Shown: positions 16,527 to 24,878 of the stretch, in pieces
Position numbering within the stretch: position 1 is the first letter of the stretch
How the letters are laid out: each line of letters starts with the position of its first letter
Made by a program: the position numbers and the translations under genes
Notes under the pieces: model-generated
Told to the model about the DNA's origin: nothing
What the model saw: the letters and a program-made list of their open reading frames with translations, nothing else
The model's database searches: none
NCBI GenBank assembly: GCA_017856385.1
Contig: JAFMFD010000004.1
Coordinates: 2,828-66,827, forward strand
Reading direction: 5' to 3'
DNA length: 64,000 nucleotides
Source of the DNA: Actinomycetota bacterium
GTDB lineage: Bacteria > Actinomycetota > Actinomycetes > S36-B12

Positions 16527-16634
16527 CTCACGGGGGCTGAAGGCGTCCAGAACTGCTCCTGCGGTCGGGGGCGGGGACTTCCCGCAAGGGCGAACCTACC
16601 GGTTTCCCGGCGGTCGTGGGGCACAGGGCGCGCG

Positions 16635-17921
16635 TCAGGGTCGTTCGTCGACGGGGGACCCGGGCGTCGGGCCCGGTACCGGGTCATTGACGGGAACGAC
16701 GGGCGGAGCCGACTCCTCGTCGGACACGGGCGCGTCGGCGAAACGTCGACGGCCGACGACCGCCGCCACAACGGTGGCCGCGGCGCCGGCGATCGACAGG
16801 ACGAAGCCGATGGAGGTGCCGCGATCGTCGACGACGAATCCCGCGACCGCGGTGCCGAGCGCGAACCCCAGTGCCAGGCCGGAGGCGGTCCAGGTGAGCC
16901 CTTCGGTCATCTGCCGCCCGGGAACGAGTCGCTGGGTGAGGGTGAAGAGGGTGATGAGCGTGGGTGCCACCGCGAAGCCCCCGAGGATGGTGACGAGGCT
17001 CAGCGTGACCACCGTGGGCATGAAGGGCGCCGGCAGCAGGGTGAGGGTGAGGATCGCCGGCAGCATGACCATTTGGCGATCGAGGCCCATACGCCAGTGG
17101 CGGGCACCGAACCAGAGCCCACCCACCATGCTCGACAGCGCCCACAGGCCGATGATGACGCCTGAAGCACCCGCGGCGTCGCGCCCGGCGGTGAAGGCGA
17201 CCACGCTCACCTCGTAGGAGCCGAAGACCGAACCCGTGGCGATCGCCGCGGCGAACAGCGTGGGCATGCCCGGGTGCGCGAGCGCGCCGGGGCGACGAGC
17301 GCCGTCGTGGGCGCCCGCATCCCGATGCACGGGTGGCTCACTGCGGCGCTGGAGTGCCAGGGCGATCGTGCCCGCGAGACCGAGGGCCGCGGCGACAATC
17401 AGCGGCAGCGGAAGGGCGACGTGGACCGCGAGCATGGCGGTGAGCGGGGGGCCGATCGAGAAGACGATCTCGTCGACGACTCCCTCGAGGGCGAAGCCGC
17501 CGCGTAGTGCCCTGCCGTCCGTCGTGGCCGCAGACCATCGGGCGCGCACCATCGCACCGATCGCCGGCTGGGTGACGCCGGCGCCCGCCGCCGCAAGCAG
17601 CTGCAGAAGCAGGGGTGCGCCCGCCTCGACGGCGATCACGAGCGTGACGAGGAGCAGCGCGTTGGCCGCAGCGAGCCAGGGCAGCACCCGGTGCTGTCCG
17701 AGCCGATCCGCCCAGCGGCTCGTCACGACGGCGCCGAGCGCGGCCGGGAGCTGGAAGGCCGCCGAGAGGATGCCGGCCACGGCGTACGAGCCGGTCCGCT
17801 CGCTGACGAGCAGCACGATGCCGAGCGACACCATCGCCATGGGAAGACGTGCAACGAAGCCCGTGCTGCTGAAGCGCACGGAACCCGGCACGGAGAGGGC
17901 CTGCCGGTAGGTGCTCAGCAC
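16635..17921 (-). CDS. MFS transporter
   Basis: 428 aa with about 12 hydrophobic segments and SRWADRLGQHR, a loop 2-3 motif. GTG start. Confidence 0.8.
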   Translation of the reverse strand: MLSTYRQALSVPGSVRFSSTGFVARLPMAMVSLGIVLLVSERTGSYAVAGILSAAFQLPAALGAVVTSRWADRLGQHRVLPWLAAANALLLVTLVIAVEAGAPLLLQLLAAAGAGVTQPAIGAMVRARWSAATTDGRALRGGFALEGVVDEIVFSIGPPLTAMLAVHVALPLPLIVAAALGLAGTIALALQRRSEPPVHRDAGAHDGARRPGALAHPGMPTLFAAAIATGSVFGSYEVSVVAFTAGRDAAGASGVIIGLWALSSMVGGLWFGARHWRMGLDRQMVMLPAILTLTLLPAPFMPTVVTLSLVTILGGFAVAPTLITLFTLTQRLVPGRQMTEGLTWTASGLALGFALGTAVAGFVVDDRGTSIGFVLSIAGAAATVVAAVVGRRRFADAPVSDEESAPPVVPVNDPVPGPTPGSPVDERP

Positions 17922-17965
17922 GTGTCCGACGCTATCGCGCGCGGGCGACCCGCAAGGATGGGCGC

Positions 17966-18814
17966 ATGGCGTCCACCGACCGAGTTGTTGACACCCCCGT
18001 CCTCGCGGACCTGCTCACCCTCCATGAGTCGCTCCCCGCGGCATGGCTGGCGGCGACGTCGGCCGGCGCATTCCTGCGCGACGAGCGCCCGCGCTCACTG
18101 GAGTTCGACACCAAGAGCACTCCCACGGACGTCGTGTCGGTAATGGACAGGGCGGCGGAGCAGCTCATCGTGGGAACGCTCCTGGACCGGCACCCGGGCG
18201 ACGGATTCCTCGGCGAGGAGGGTGGCGAGCGCGCAGGACGGACGGGCCGGCGCTGGGTCGTCGATCCTCTAGACGGGACGGTGAACTACCGCTACTCCAT
18301 CCCCCTGTGGGGTGTGTCCGTGGCTCTGGAGGACGCGGACGGCACGGCCCTCGGTGTCATCGCACTGCCGGAGTCGCACGAAGCCTTCGTGGCCGTGCGC
18401 GGCGCAGGGGCATGGCAGGTCCGGGGCCCGGCCGTCTCACGACTTGCCGGGAGCGCCTGCACGGAGCTGTCGCTGGCCATGGTCGGGACGGGTTTCGGCT
18501 ACGCCGCCCCACGTCGGGTCCGGCAGGCCGAGGTCGTCCGCGAACTGATCGGCGAGGTGCGAGACGTCCGACGGACGGGCTGCGCCGTCGTCGACCTGTG
18601 CTGGACCGCCATGGGCAGGCTCGATGCGTACTACGAGTTCGGGCTCAACGCCTGGGACGTGTGTGCAGGCGCGTTGATCTGCCAGGAGGCCGGCGTTGCC
18701 GTGTCGGGACTTCGCGATGACTCCCTCGAGCCACTGATGGTCGCCTCCGCGCCGGGCGTGGCAAACGAGCTGAAGGAGCTGCTGCTGCGACTCGGAGCCG
18801 ATGACATGCCCTGA
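17966..18814 (+). CDS. inositol monophosphatase family protein
   Basis: Motifs FLGEEGG, WVVDPLDGTVNY and WDVCAG. Confidence 0.85.
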   Translation: MASTDRVVDTPVLADLLTLHESLPAAWLAATSAGAFLRDERPRSLEFDTKSTPTDVVSVMDRAAEQLIVGTLLDRHPGDGFLGEEGGERAGRTGRRWVVDPLDGTVNYRYSIPLWGVSVALEDADGTALGVIALPESHEAFVAVRGAGAWQVRGPAVSRLAGSACTELSLAMVGTGFGYAAPRRVRQAEVVRELIGEVRDVRRTGCAVVDLCWTAMGRLDAYYEFGLNAWDVCAGALICQEAGVAVSGLRDDSLEPLMVASAPGVANELKELLLRLGADDMP

Positions 18815-18840
18815 GCAACCTGCGAAGGGGCGGGGTCGCG

Positions 18841-19359
18841 TCAGTCGATGCGCCGGAGTTCCGCTGCGTACCAGTGCGCATTGCGCACGTAGGTCGCGAC
18901 GGCCCGCTCGAACTCGCCCTCGGTCACCGCGTTCTCGGTGATGCGTGCGGGCACTCCCAGGGCACGGCTGAGGGGTGGCACGACCTTGTCGTTGCCGACC
19001 ACCGCTCCCGCGCCGACGAGGGCGTGTGGCCCGACTGTGGCGCGATGCAGGATGACGGCACCCGAGCCGATCAGAGAGTCATCCTCGATCCTGCACCCCT
19101 CGAGGTGCGCGTTGTGGCCGATCACGCAGCGGTCGCCGATGACGGTGTCGAGTTCTGCGGTGCAGTGCACGACGGTGCCGTCCTGCACGGAGGTCCGTGC
19201 GCCGACGACGATGCGGCCGTGATCGCCCCTCAGGACGGTGGTCGGCCAGACCGTCGATTCCGGCCCGATGGTCACGTCGCCGATGACCACCGCGTCCGGG
19301 TGCACGAAGGCCGAGGGGTCGATCGACGGCGTGCGATCCCCGAGTGCATACAGCGGCAT
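18841..19359 (-). CDS. gamma-carbonic-anhydrase-like / hexapeptide-repeat (LbH) protein
   Basis: MPLYALGDRTPSIDPSAFVHPDAVVIGDVTIG followed by repeated hexapeptide units. 172 aa. Confidence 0.85.
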   Translation of the reverse strand: MPLYALGDRTPSIDPSAFVHPDAVVIGDVTIGPESTVWPTTVLRGDHGRIVVGARTSVQDGTVVHCTAELDTVIGDRCVIGHNAHLEGCRIEDDSLIGSGAVILHRATVGPHALVGAGAVVGNDKVVPPLSRALGVPARITENAVTEGEFERAVATYVRNAHWYAAELRRID

Positions 19360-19484
19360 TCCGCCTCCCGTTCCCGGCCGTCCGCCGGCTCGTGCCTACC
19401 CTGCCATGCCTCCGTCATCTCGATGAGGCACAATCTCCGCGCATGCCCCGCGCGGGGGAAGCGACGAGGGAAGGGCGAGGATCC

Positions 19485-19781
19485 ATGGCCACCGATTACG
19501 ACGCGCCTCGGAAGACCGATGAGGAGCTCGCGGAGGACAGCCTCGAGGAGCTGAAGGCCCGTCGTGCGGACAAGGCCTCGTCCGCGGTCGACGTCGACGA
19601 GGCCGAGCTGGCGGAGAGCCTCGAGCTCCCGGGCGCCGACCTGTCGGACGAGAGCCTGAGCGTTCGGGTCCTCCCGCGCCAGTCGGACGAGTTCACCTGC
19701 GTCTCGTGCTTCCTCGTCCAGCACCGCAGCCAGCTCGACCACGAGGGCAAGTCCGGGCCGGTGTGCCGGGAGTGCGCCTGA
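19485..19781 (+). CDS. conserved small acidic protein with C-terminal CxxC...CxxC (recalled as DUF4193)
   Basis: ORF 19344..19781 trimmed to ATG 19485 (MATDYDAPRKTDEE...). C-terminal FTCVSCFLVQHRSQL...PVCRECA. Confidence 0.65.
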   Translation: MATDYDAPRKTDEELAEDSLEELKARRADKASSAVDVDEAELAESLELPGADLSDESLSVRVLPRQSDEFTCVSCFLVQHRSQLDHEGKSGPVCRECA

Positions 19782-19806
19782 GCAGTCTGCGCCGGACCCG
19801 CGACCC

Positions 19807-20103
19807 TCAGTCGGTTCGTGCCCCGAGCTGGTTGGCGATGCGGTAGACCGCAACCTCGACCACGGCAGCCGTCGCTGCTGTGACCGCGGTCCAGGCGACC
19901 GCCCGGGCGAAGGACACCTGCGGGTCTCGGGGTGCGGGGGCCGGATGGCCGGTCGCGCGCTCGTACCCCGAGGTGAGCAGTTTGCGCACCAGCAGGGTGG
20001 CGCCGATCGCCGCCAGGGGCGCGATGAGGTGCGCGAGCGGGTTGACGTGCACATCCGCGGGTGCCGGGTCTGTGCTGGAACCTGCCGTTGGGTGTTCGCT
20101 CAT
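19807..20103 (-). CDS. small membrane protein (recalled as DUF4235)
   Basis: ORF trimmed to ATG 20103 (MSEHPTAGSS...). Contains two hydrophobic helices. 4-nt overlap with the upstream gene. Confidence 0.55.
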   Translation of the reverse strand: MSEHPTAGSSTDPAPADVHVNPLAHLIAPLAAIGATLLVRKLLTSGYERATGHPAPAPRDPQVSFARAVAWTAVTAATAAVVEVAVYRIANQLGARTD

Positions 20104-20597
20104 GGTCGCTCCGACTCCTCGGTGTCGCTCGCCTCTGCAGGGGAGCCCATCGTTGCAGTCAGCGCGCCTGCGAGTCGATCGGGGTGGCGGCTGCTGACGA
20201 TCCACGCCGGATGCGGATCGTCCGGATCATCGAGTCGCACCAGCACGGCCTTCGACGAGGCCCACGGGCGGAGGAGCGTGTAGGCGCGTGCATCTGCGCC
20301 CGGGGCACGCAGAGCGACCAGCGCCTCGCGATCCAGCACTCGCGCGCCGGAGACGGATGTCCGAGGCAGGCGGGCCCGCCCTGCGCACAGGCTGGACTCA
20401 TCGACGCGGATGACGGGTGACGTGCCCACGAGCAGTGCCGTCACGAGGGTTCCAGCAACAAGTCCCACGGCGAGGCCGGACAGGCCGCCGATTGCTGCGC
20501 CGTAGGCGACCGAGATCATCGCCACCAGTCCTGCGGCGACCACCCACGCCCCCCAGCCGGGCAGCAGTCGCTCGTGATGGAGTGAAGGACCCGGCAT
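20100..20597 (-). CDS. membrane protein (recalled as DUF3093)
   Basis: The 454-aa ORF is trimmed to ATG 20597 (MPGPSLHHERLLPGWGAWVV...). Two TM helices are followed by RVDESSLCAGRARLP. Confidence 0.55.
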   Translation of the reverse strand: MPGPSLHHERLLPGWGAWVVAAGLVAMISVAYGAAIGGLSGLAVGLVAGTLVTALLVGTSPVIRVDESSLCAGRARLPRTSVSGARVLDREALVALRAPGADARAYTLLRPWASSKAVLVRLDDPDDPHPAWIVSSRHPDRLAGALTATMGSPAEASDTEESERP

Positions 20598-20639
20598 GAG
20601 CACAGCCTGACATGCCGGGGGCGGGGGTACCCTCACCCG

Positions 20640-21260
20640 GTGACGAATCCGACCTCCAGCGCGGACGCCGCCGGCCCGCGGTGGAGCGCCCCGCCGACCG
20701 CGGTCCTTCCCGAGCGCTCGCCCTTGGCCCCAGCCCCGGGGGAGGAGATCCCGTCCCACTACCGCTGGTGCTTCGGCTGCGGCGTCGACCACCCGACGGG
20801 CCTGCACATGTCGATCATGGCGGGGGAGGGGCTGACCGTGACAGGCGTGTTCCGGGTGACCGAGCACCACCAGGGGGCTCCCGGCCTGGCGCACGGCGGC
20901 GTGCTGAGCACGGCGCTGGACGAGATCCTCGGCTCCTTGAACTGGCTCCTCGCCGGACCAGCGGTGACCGGGCGCCTGGAGTGCGAGTTCCGGCGCCCGG
21001 TGCCCGTGGGCACCGACCTGGTGGTCCGGGCGGAGGTCACCGGGGTGCAGGGGCGCCGGGTCTACACCAAGGCGATCGGATGCCTGGACCACGCCGAGGG
21101 TCCTCGTGCCGTCGGCGCAGCGGCGGTCTTCGTGCAGGTGCCGCTGCAGCACTTCCTCGACAACGGCGATCCGGATCTCGTGCGGACCGCACTGCAGGAT
21201 CGGGCGAACGGGGCGCCGCGCTGGCGCGCCGACGAGTCCGGATTCGAGCTGAATCCATGA
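20640..21260 (+). CDS. PaaI-family (hotdog fold) thioesterase-like protein
   Basis: Motifs HHQGAPGLAHGGVLSTALDEILG, RLECEFRRPVPVG and VVRAEV. GTG start. Confidence 0.6.
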   Translation: MTNPTSSADAAGPRWSAPPTAVLPERSPLAPAPGEEIPSHYRWCFGCGVDHPTGLHMSIMAGEGLTVTGVFRVTEHHQGAPGLAHGGVLSTALDEILGSLNWLLAGPAVTGRLECEFRRPVPVGTDLVVRAEVTGVQGRRVYTKAIGCLDHAEGPRAVGAAAVFVQVPLQHFLDNGDPDLVRTALQDRANGAPRWRADESGFELNP

Positions 21261-21715
21261 GACCCGCCATCCTGCTGTGCATGCTCGACCCCGACCTGCC
21301 GAGCCCGGCGTACGAGCACCCGGGCGATGCCGGCCTGGACCTGCGCGCACGCCACGACGTCCGGCTCGAGCCGGGTGAGCGGGCGCTCGTGCCCACGGGG
21401 GTGAGCATCGCGCTGCCCCCGGGCTACGTCGGTCTCGTCTGTCCACGCAGTGGACTCGCGGCACGGCACGGGGTGGGGCTGGTGAACGCTCCGGGCGTCA
21501 TCGATGCCGGCTACCGTGGAGAGATCAGCGTCGTCCTGGTCAACCACGACACAAGCCGCGCGGTCGACCTGGCTCGAGGCGACCGGGTGGCGCAACTGGT
21601 GGTGACGCCAGTGGCCAGCGTCGACCTCGTCCCGGTCGCCGAGCTGCCCGGCTCGCACCGCGGCGGCGGAGGATTCGGCTCGACCGGTGGCTTCGGGCCC
21701 GGGCATGGTGGGTAA
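21257..21715 (+). CDS. dut: dUTP diphosphatase
   Basis: C-terminal part of ORF 20612..21715, starting at ATG 21257 (ATGA overlap). Motifs GDAGLDL, PRSGLA, GVIDAGYRGEI, RVAQLV and GFGSTG. Confidence 0.9.
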   Translation: MRPAILLCMLDPDLPSPAYEHPGDAGLDLRARHDVRLEPGERALVPTGVSIALPPGYVGLVCPRSGLAARHGVGLVNAPGVIDAGYRGEISVVLVNHDTSRAVDLARGDRVAQLVVTPVASVDLVPVAELPGSHRGGGGFGSTGGFGPGHGG

Positions 21716-21750
21716 CGTTGCGGGCATTCGCCGCAGGTGAGGAGGGACGG

Positions 21751-22359
21751 ATGGACGTGCGCACCGCTGGTCCCTGGGACCTGACCGAGACCGATGGCTC
21801 GATCGATCGGCTCGACATGGGATCCCTGCTGATCACCCCGGCACCGGGCATCGAGATCCAGGCGCAGGCGGACCAGGCGACCGGAACGGTCTCGCAGCTG
21901 ACGTTCCGCAACGCGGACTCGATGGTGCAGGTCCAGCCATACGCAGCGCCGCGCAGCGGTGGTTTCTGGGAGGAGATCCGCGGGCAGATCTCCTCCTCGA
22001 TCAATGCCTCCGGTGGACTCGTCGAGGTGGCGGAGGGCCCCTTCGGTCCTGAGCTGCGCGCCCAGGTTGTGCCCTCCGAAGGGGGGCAGCAGCTGCAGCC
22101 GGCGCGATTCTGCGGAATCGAGGGGCCACGCTGGTTCCTGCGGGCGGTCTTCCTCGGTGCCGCAGCGCGGCCGGGAGACGCGGCCACGATCCTGGAGGAC
22201 ATGATCCGCGGCCTCGTCGTCGTCCGCGGCATGGAGGCCATGCCGGTGGGCGCACCGCTGCCACTGCGGCTGCCGAACACCGGTTCCCCCGAGCCTGAGT
22301 CCGCCCCCTCGCCCCCCTCGCCCTTCGAGCGCGGACCTGAGATCACCGAGATCCGCTGA
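21751..22359 (+). CDS. conserved actinobacterial protein (recalled as DUF3710)
   Basis: MDVRTAGPWDLTE... ATG 21751 is preceded by GGAGGG. TTG 21718 is an alternative start. Confidence 0.6.
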   Translation: MDVRTAGPWDLTETDGSIDRLDMGSLLITPAPGIEIQAQADQATGTVSQLTFRNADSMVQVQPYAAPRSGGFWEEIRGQISSSINASGGLVEVAEGPFGPELRAQVVPSEGGQQLQPARFCGIEGPRWFLRAVFLGAAARPGDAATILEDMIRGLVVVRGMEAMPVGAPLPLRLPNTGSPEPESAPSPPSPFERGPEITEIR

Positions 22360-22766
22360 TGTCCGCGGCGCGTGCGCGCGAGGCGTCGGCCGCGACCTCC
22401 CGTCCCGGCTGGTGGGCAAGACTGACGAGCACTCGCAGCGAGGCCGAGGCGCAGGGCCTGCGCGAGGACGTTCGGGCCGAGGCGGATCCCGACGTCACGC
22501 TCATCGACCAGTGCACCCCGGGGGAGCGCGTGGTGGTGCGCGGGATCGTGCGCAGCGTGACCGTGCCTGCCGAGGGCGCCATCCCCGCGGTCGAGATCGA
22601 CCTCGATGACGGTTCGGGCCGGGTGCGCGTGGTGTGGTTGGGCCGGCGCCGGATCCCGGGCATCGACCCGGGACGGGCCATGGTGGTCCGGGGCCGACTG
22701 GCCCGGGCGGACGAGCGTCCGACGATCTACAACCCGCGCTACGAGCTCAAGCCGAGTGCCGGATGA
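22359..22766 (+). CDS. OB-fold nucleic-acid-binding domain protein
   Basis: TGATG overlap with the upstream stop. Motifs VVVRGIVRSV, VEIDLDDGSGRVRVVW and VVRGRL form a beta-rich OB-like pattern. Confidence 0.55.
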   Translation: MSAARAREASAATSRPGWWARLTSTRSEAEAQGLREDVRAEADPDVTLIDQCTPGERVVVRGIVRSVTVPAEGAIPAVEIDLDDGSGRVRVVWLGRRRIPGIDPGRAMVVRGRLARADERPTIYNPRYELKPSAG

Positions 22767-23503
22767 CCGTGTCCGACGACCCGTCGAGGGATGCAGACTC
22801 CGAGCACGAGTCCCCGGGGGTGACCCCGCAGGAGTCCCCGCCGGCGTCGGACGCGGACGCCTCTCCCGGCATCGAGTCGCCGGGTGATGTGCGACAGGAG
22901 GCGATCCTGCTCGAGCGCGCACTGGGCGGGTGGCGGGGGATCATCGACTCCGGGCTGCCCACCGTGGTGTTCGTCGTGGCCTACCTCGTGACGGGCAGCG
23001 AGCTGCGACCGTCGCTCATCGCCGCCCTGGTCGCGGGCGGGCTGATCGTCGTGTGGCGCCTGGTCCGGCGCCAGCCGCTGCAGCAGGTACTGGCCGGATT
23101 CATCGGTCTGCTCATAGCCGCATGGTTCTCCTCGCGCACCGGGCGCGCCGAGGATGTATTCCTCCCGGGCCTGCTGCTGAACATCGGCTATCTCAGTGCC
23201 TTCCTGGTCTCGATCCTCGTGCGGTGGCCCCTGCTGGGGATCGCCATGGGGTTCCTGACCGGCGAGGGCACATCGTGGCGGCGAGATCCCGGCCTCCGAC
23301 GCGTCTACGCAGCAGCATCCTGGATCTGGGTGGGAGTCTTCGGCCTGCGCATCGCTGTCCAGGTCCCGCTCTATCTGGCCGGTGCAGTCGCGCCCCTGGG
23401 AGTCGCCAAGGTCATCCTGGGCTGGCCGCTGTACCTCGCTGCCGCCTACGCGACGTACCGGGTACTGGCGCCGGTCTACCGCGCCAAGCGCGCTCAGGCG
23501 TGA
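22763..23503 (+). CDS. integral membrane protein (recalled as DUF3159)
   Basis: ORF 22634..23503 trimmed to ATG 22763 (ATGA overlap). An acidic N-terminus is followed by several TM helices. Confidence 0.6.
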   Translation: MTVSDDPSRDADSEHESPGVTPQESPPASDADASPGIESPGDVRQEAILLERALGGWRGIIDSGLPTVVFVVAYLVTGSELRPSLIAALVAGGLIVVWRLVRRQPLQQVLAGFIGLLIAAWFSSRTGRAEDVFLPGLLLNIGYLSAFLVSILVRWPLLGIAMGFLTGEGTSWRRDPGLRRVYAAASWIWVGVFGLRIAVQVPLYLAGAVAPLGVAKVILGWPLYLAAAYATYRVLAPVYRAKRAQA

Positions 23504-24153
23504 CCGAGCAGCCGCTGCAGTTCAGGCTCGTTGTCCGGGGCCGCGACGAAGAGCAGCTCGTCACCGACATCGAGTGGGTCGTCACCTGAGGGCGCGAACA
23601 CCCTGGGTCCTCGGACGATGGCAACCAGAGCGGTGTCCTGTGGCCACGTCTGGTCGCCCACACGCTGGCCCACTACCGGTGAGTCCGACGACAGCGTGAT
23701 CTCCACGAGGTTCGCCTCGCCCTGACGGAAGGAGAACAGGCGCACGAGATCACCGACGGAGACGGCCTCCTCGACCAGCGCCGAGAGCATGCGCGGCGTG
23801 GAGACAGCCACATCGACGCCCCAGGACTCGTCGAACATCCACTCGTTCTTGGGGTGGTTCACCCGCGCGACGACACGGGGGACCCCGTACTCCGTCTTGG
23901 CCAGGAGGGACACCACGAGGTTCACCTTGTCGTCACCCGTTGCAGCGACGACGACCTGGCAGGTCGACAGCTGCGCTTCGTCGAGTGCCGTGATCTCGCA
24001 GGCGTCGGCCATGAGGGTGTCAGCACCCTCAACCACGCCGGGTCTGGCGAGCTCGGCGTCGCGATCGATCAGCAGCACCTGATGCCCGTTGGACACCAGC
24101 TCACGCGCAATGGCGCGGCCCACCTTCCCTGCCCCCGCGATGGCGACGCGCAT
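23494..24153 (-). CDS. trkA: TrkA-family K+ transport regulatory protein (RCK)
   Basis: MRVAIAGAGKVGRAIARELVSNGHQVLLIDRD (Rossmann fold) plus a C-terminal TrkA_C-like part. Confidence 0.85.
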   Translation of the reverse strand: MRVAIAGAGKVGRAIARELVSNGHQVLLIDRDAELARPGVVEGADTLMADACEITALDEAQLSTCQVVVAATGDDKVNLVVSLLAKTEYGVPRVVARVNHPKNEWMFDESWGVDVAVSTPRMLSALVEEAVSVGDLVRLFSFRQGEANLVEITLSSDSPVVGQRVGDQTWPQDTALVAIVRGPRVFAPSGDDPLDVGDELLFVAAPDNEPELQRLLGHA

Positions 24154-24815
24154 CAGGCCTCCTGTGGTCCGTGCTCGAACACGCGCTCGACCCGCTCACG
24201 GATCCCGTCCTCGAAGAGGCAGTGCACGAGGTCACCGTCCTGGACGACTGTCTGGTCGTCCGGCAGCAGACCCTCGCCGTACCTGGTGATGAAGGCGATC
24301 CGCGCCCCACTGGCCAGGCCGAGATCGGAGGAACGCCGGCCCAGCCAGTAGGCCCCCACATGGACCTCGGCAAGCACGATCCGACCGCTGGCATCGCGGT
24401 ACTCGTCTTCGGCCCCGAGCGGAAGCATGCGCCGCAGGAACTGGCCAGCCGTCCAGGAGACGGTCGCCACCGTCGGGATGCCGAGCCGCTCATAGACCTG
24501 AGCTCGGCGCGGGTCGTAGATGCGGGCCACGACCTGCTCGACGCCGTATGTCTCGCGGGCCACCCGGGCGGCGAGGATGTTGGAGTTGTCGCCAGAGCTC
24601 ACCGCGGCGAAGGCGCGCGCCCGTTTGATCCCCGCACTCTCCAGGGTCTCGCGGTCGAATCCGACACCCGTGACCGTCTGCCCGGTGAAGTCCGGGCTCA
24701 GCTTGCGGAACGCGGAGGCATCCTGGTCGACGACCGAGACCGAGTGGCCGAGCTCATCCAGGCGGTGCGCGAGGAGGGCACCCACCCGACCGCAGCCGAG
24801 GATCACGATGTGCAC
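24153..24815 (-). CDS. trkA: TrkA-family K+ transport regulatory protein (RCK), second copy
   Basis: MHIVILGCGRVGALLAHRLDELGHSVSVVDQD. TGATG overlap with the downstream copy. Confidence 0.85.
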   Translation of the reverse strand: MHIVILGCGRVGALLAHRLDELGHSVSVVDQDASAFRKLSPDFTGQTVTGVGFDRETLESAGIKRARAFAAVSSGDNSNILAARVARETYGVEQVVARIYDPRRAQVYERLGIPTVATVSWTAGQFLRRMLPLGAEDEYRDASGRIVLAEVHVGAYWLGRRSSDLGLASGARIAFITRYGEGLLPDDQTVVQDGDLVHCLFEDGIRERVERVFEHGPQEA

Positions 24816-24878
24816 GGATGCACGCTACACGCACGCTGGACGAAGTATCGGGTCGTCGCGGGGGTAGGCTCGCTGGAC

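Noticed and set aside
20612-21256. N-terminal part of the 367-aa ORF that ends as dut
   Set aside because: It is Arg/Pro/Gly-rich and overlaps the better-supported hotdog thioesterase ORF in another frame. The dUTPase homology starts at ATG 21257.
24171-24878. N-terminal 236 codons of the 880-aa ORF containing the APC permease
   Set aside because: This part is antisense to the trkA gene. The conserved permease N-terminus (DLLKRLFVGRAL...) begins at GTG 24879.
24816-24878. Possible c-di-AMP or K+-related riboswitch between trkA and the permease
   Set aside because: Only 63 nt are available and they are shared by two divergent promoters. That is too short for the known element.
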